A DNA stretch of 64,000 bases from Vicugna vicugna. Lineage: Eukaryota. Positions 62,801 through 64,000 of this stretch are shown here, piece by piece. The notes below the pieces were generated by a model. It searched no databases and was not told the origin of the DNA. It worked only from the letters and a program-made list of their open reading frames with translations. The stretch lies in NCBI GenBank assembly GCA_013265495.1, contig MU058009.1:312001-376000 (forward strand), given 5' to 3'. A program made the translations under genes and the position numbers. Numbering within the stretch: the stretch's first letter is position 1; the number at the start of each line of letters is the position of its first letter.

Positions 62801-63660
62801 CATTTTTATACACTAACAACAAACTATCAGAAAGAGAAATTAAGAGAGTAATCCCATTTACAATTGTAGCAAAAGAAATAACATACCTAGGAATAGATTT
62901 AACCAAGGAGGTGAAAGACTTGCACTCTGAAATCTACAAGACACTGATGAAAAAAAATTGAACATGATACAAATGAATGGAAAGATGATGCTTATGGATT
63001 GAAAAAATTAATATTGTTAAAATGCCCATGCATTAAAGCAAACTTAAAGCAAACTACAGATTCAATGCAATCCCTATCAAAATACCCAGGGCATTTTTCA
63101 CAGAACTGGAACAAATAATCGTAATATTTGTGTGGCACTACAAAAGGCACATGAAAAGATGCTCAGGACCACTAACCATCAGGGATATGCAAATGAAGAC
63201 CACAGAGCACCTCACACCTGTCAGAATGGCTATTATCAAAAAGACAAGACATAACGAGTTTTGGCAAGGATGCGGAAAAAAGAGAATCCTTCTGTGGGAA
63301 TGTAAACTGATACAGTCAGTATGAAAAATAAAATGTAGTTTCCTCAAAAAATTAAAAACAGAACTACCATGTGATCCAGGAATTCCACTTCTGGGTATTA
63401 ATCTGAAGAAAATGAAAACACCAGTTTGAAAATATTTATGCACCCCAGTGTTCATTGCAGCATCATCTACAATAGCCGAGATATGGAAGCAGTCTATATG
63501 CTTAAAGATATATTACAAATATATATGTCAAAAATATTGTGATAATTTTGTATGATGACTGAAGGTAACCAGACTTAAATAAAAGTATTGAGTCACCATG
63601 TTACACACCTGAAACTAATACAATACTGTATGTCAATTATACTTTAATTAAAAAATAGAA
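59890..63660 (+). mobile_element. Decayed LINE-1 (L1MA9-like): 5'UTR remnant, partial ORF1, ORF2 with internal deletions, and 3'UTR
   Basis: ORF1-type DNA ~60055-60550 (gctgaaaacctccttaacctgggg, tctacccagcaagattatcattcagaattgaagga); ORF2 motifs (next feature); 3' end acacctgaaactaatacaatactgtatgtcaattatactttaattaaaaaa; 5' boundary approximate. Confidence 0.93.
61012..63495 (+). pseudogene. LINE-1 ORF2 (APE endonuclease + reverse transcriptase) pseudogene, frameshifted and deleted
   Basis: ORF 61177-61554 contains KKAGVTIL, DKEGHYIMIKGSI and IIVGDFNAPL (endonuclease); SDH codons near 61693; QGCPL at 62561; YADD at 62679-62690; HMKRCS and HLTPVRMAIIKK in ORF 63130-63324. Confidence 0.93.
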
Positions 63661-64000
63661 ATTTGTGTTAAAAAGTTAAAAACTTGCACAGAAAAAAAAA
63701 TAGTATGCTACAGAGATGTCATTCTGCCCACCCCTTACATATATGTAAACCTTTAAAATGATCTGTCAAATGTAATAAATAGTCAATAGAATGATAGGGA
63801 ATATCTTAATTGTATTGTATTGAATGTCAACTGTGTTCTAAAAACTCCAGTTTCAAAGGAGTTCTTGAAAAGGAAGGGGCTTCCAGGAAAGTAAGTCAGG
63901 CCCCTTGGAAGGCATGCCCCCTGGATGATCAGGCCAACAGATGACCAAGACCAGGACAGGTGGAGTATTGGTCCAAGCCTGAAAAATGCCAATGGCATTA

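Noticed and set aside
61012..63495. Active or novel reverse transcriptase system
   Set aside because: Ordinary LINE-1 ORF2 with multiple stops, frameshifts and large deletions

Overview
This is mammalian non-coding DNA, most likely from a camelid (camel, alpaca or llama). The taxon call rests on two tRNA-Ala(AGC)-derived SINEs that match my recollection of the camelid-specific Vic-1 family. I find no intact protein-coding gene and no genuine RNA gene. The only ORFs with recognisable protein homology are fragments of a decayed, internally deleted ~3.7-kb LINE-1 at ~59.9-63.7 kb. The rest is a mosaic of old eutherian repeats (MIR, L2, L3/CR1, L1M, MLT1/ERVL LTRs, MER58A, MER20, MER33, MER5, MER94, MER2-like Tigger MITEs), short L1 3' ends and microsatellites. 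Between the repeats lie several AT-rich, repeat-free islands dense in homeodomain/FOX/PBX-HOX/TCF motifs, two CpG-rich patches and a strong CTCF motif, which together suggest a developmental-gene regulatory desert or large intron. Local oddities include a probable processed-pseudogene 3' end at the left edge, a near-perfect 200-bp tandem duplication next to a SINE-seeded (GAAA)n expansion (possibly an assembly artefact), a perfect (GT)55, and an isolated (GGC)n followed by an ATG. I see no convincing evidence of a novel biological system. All repeat family names come from recalled consensus sequences, not a database search, and element boundaries are approximate.
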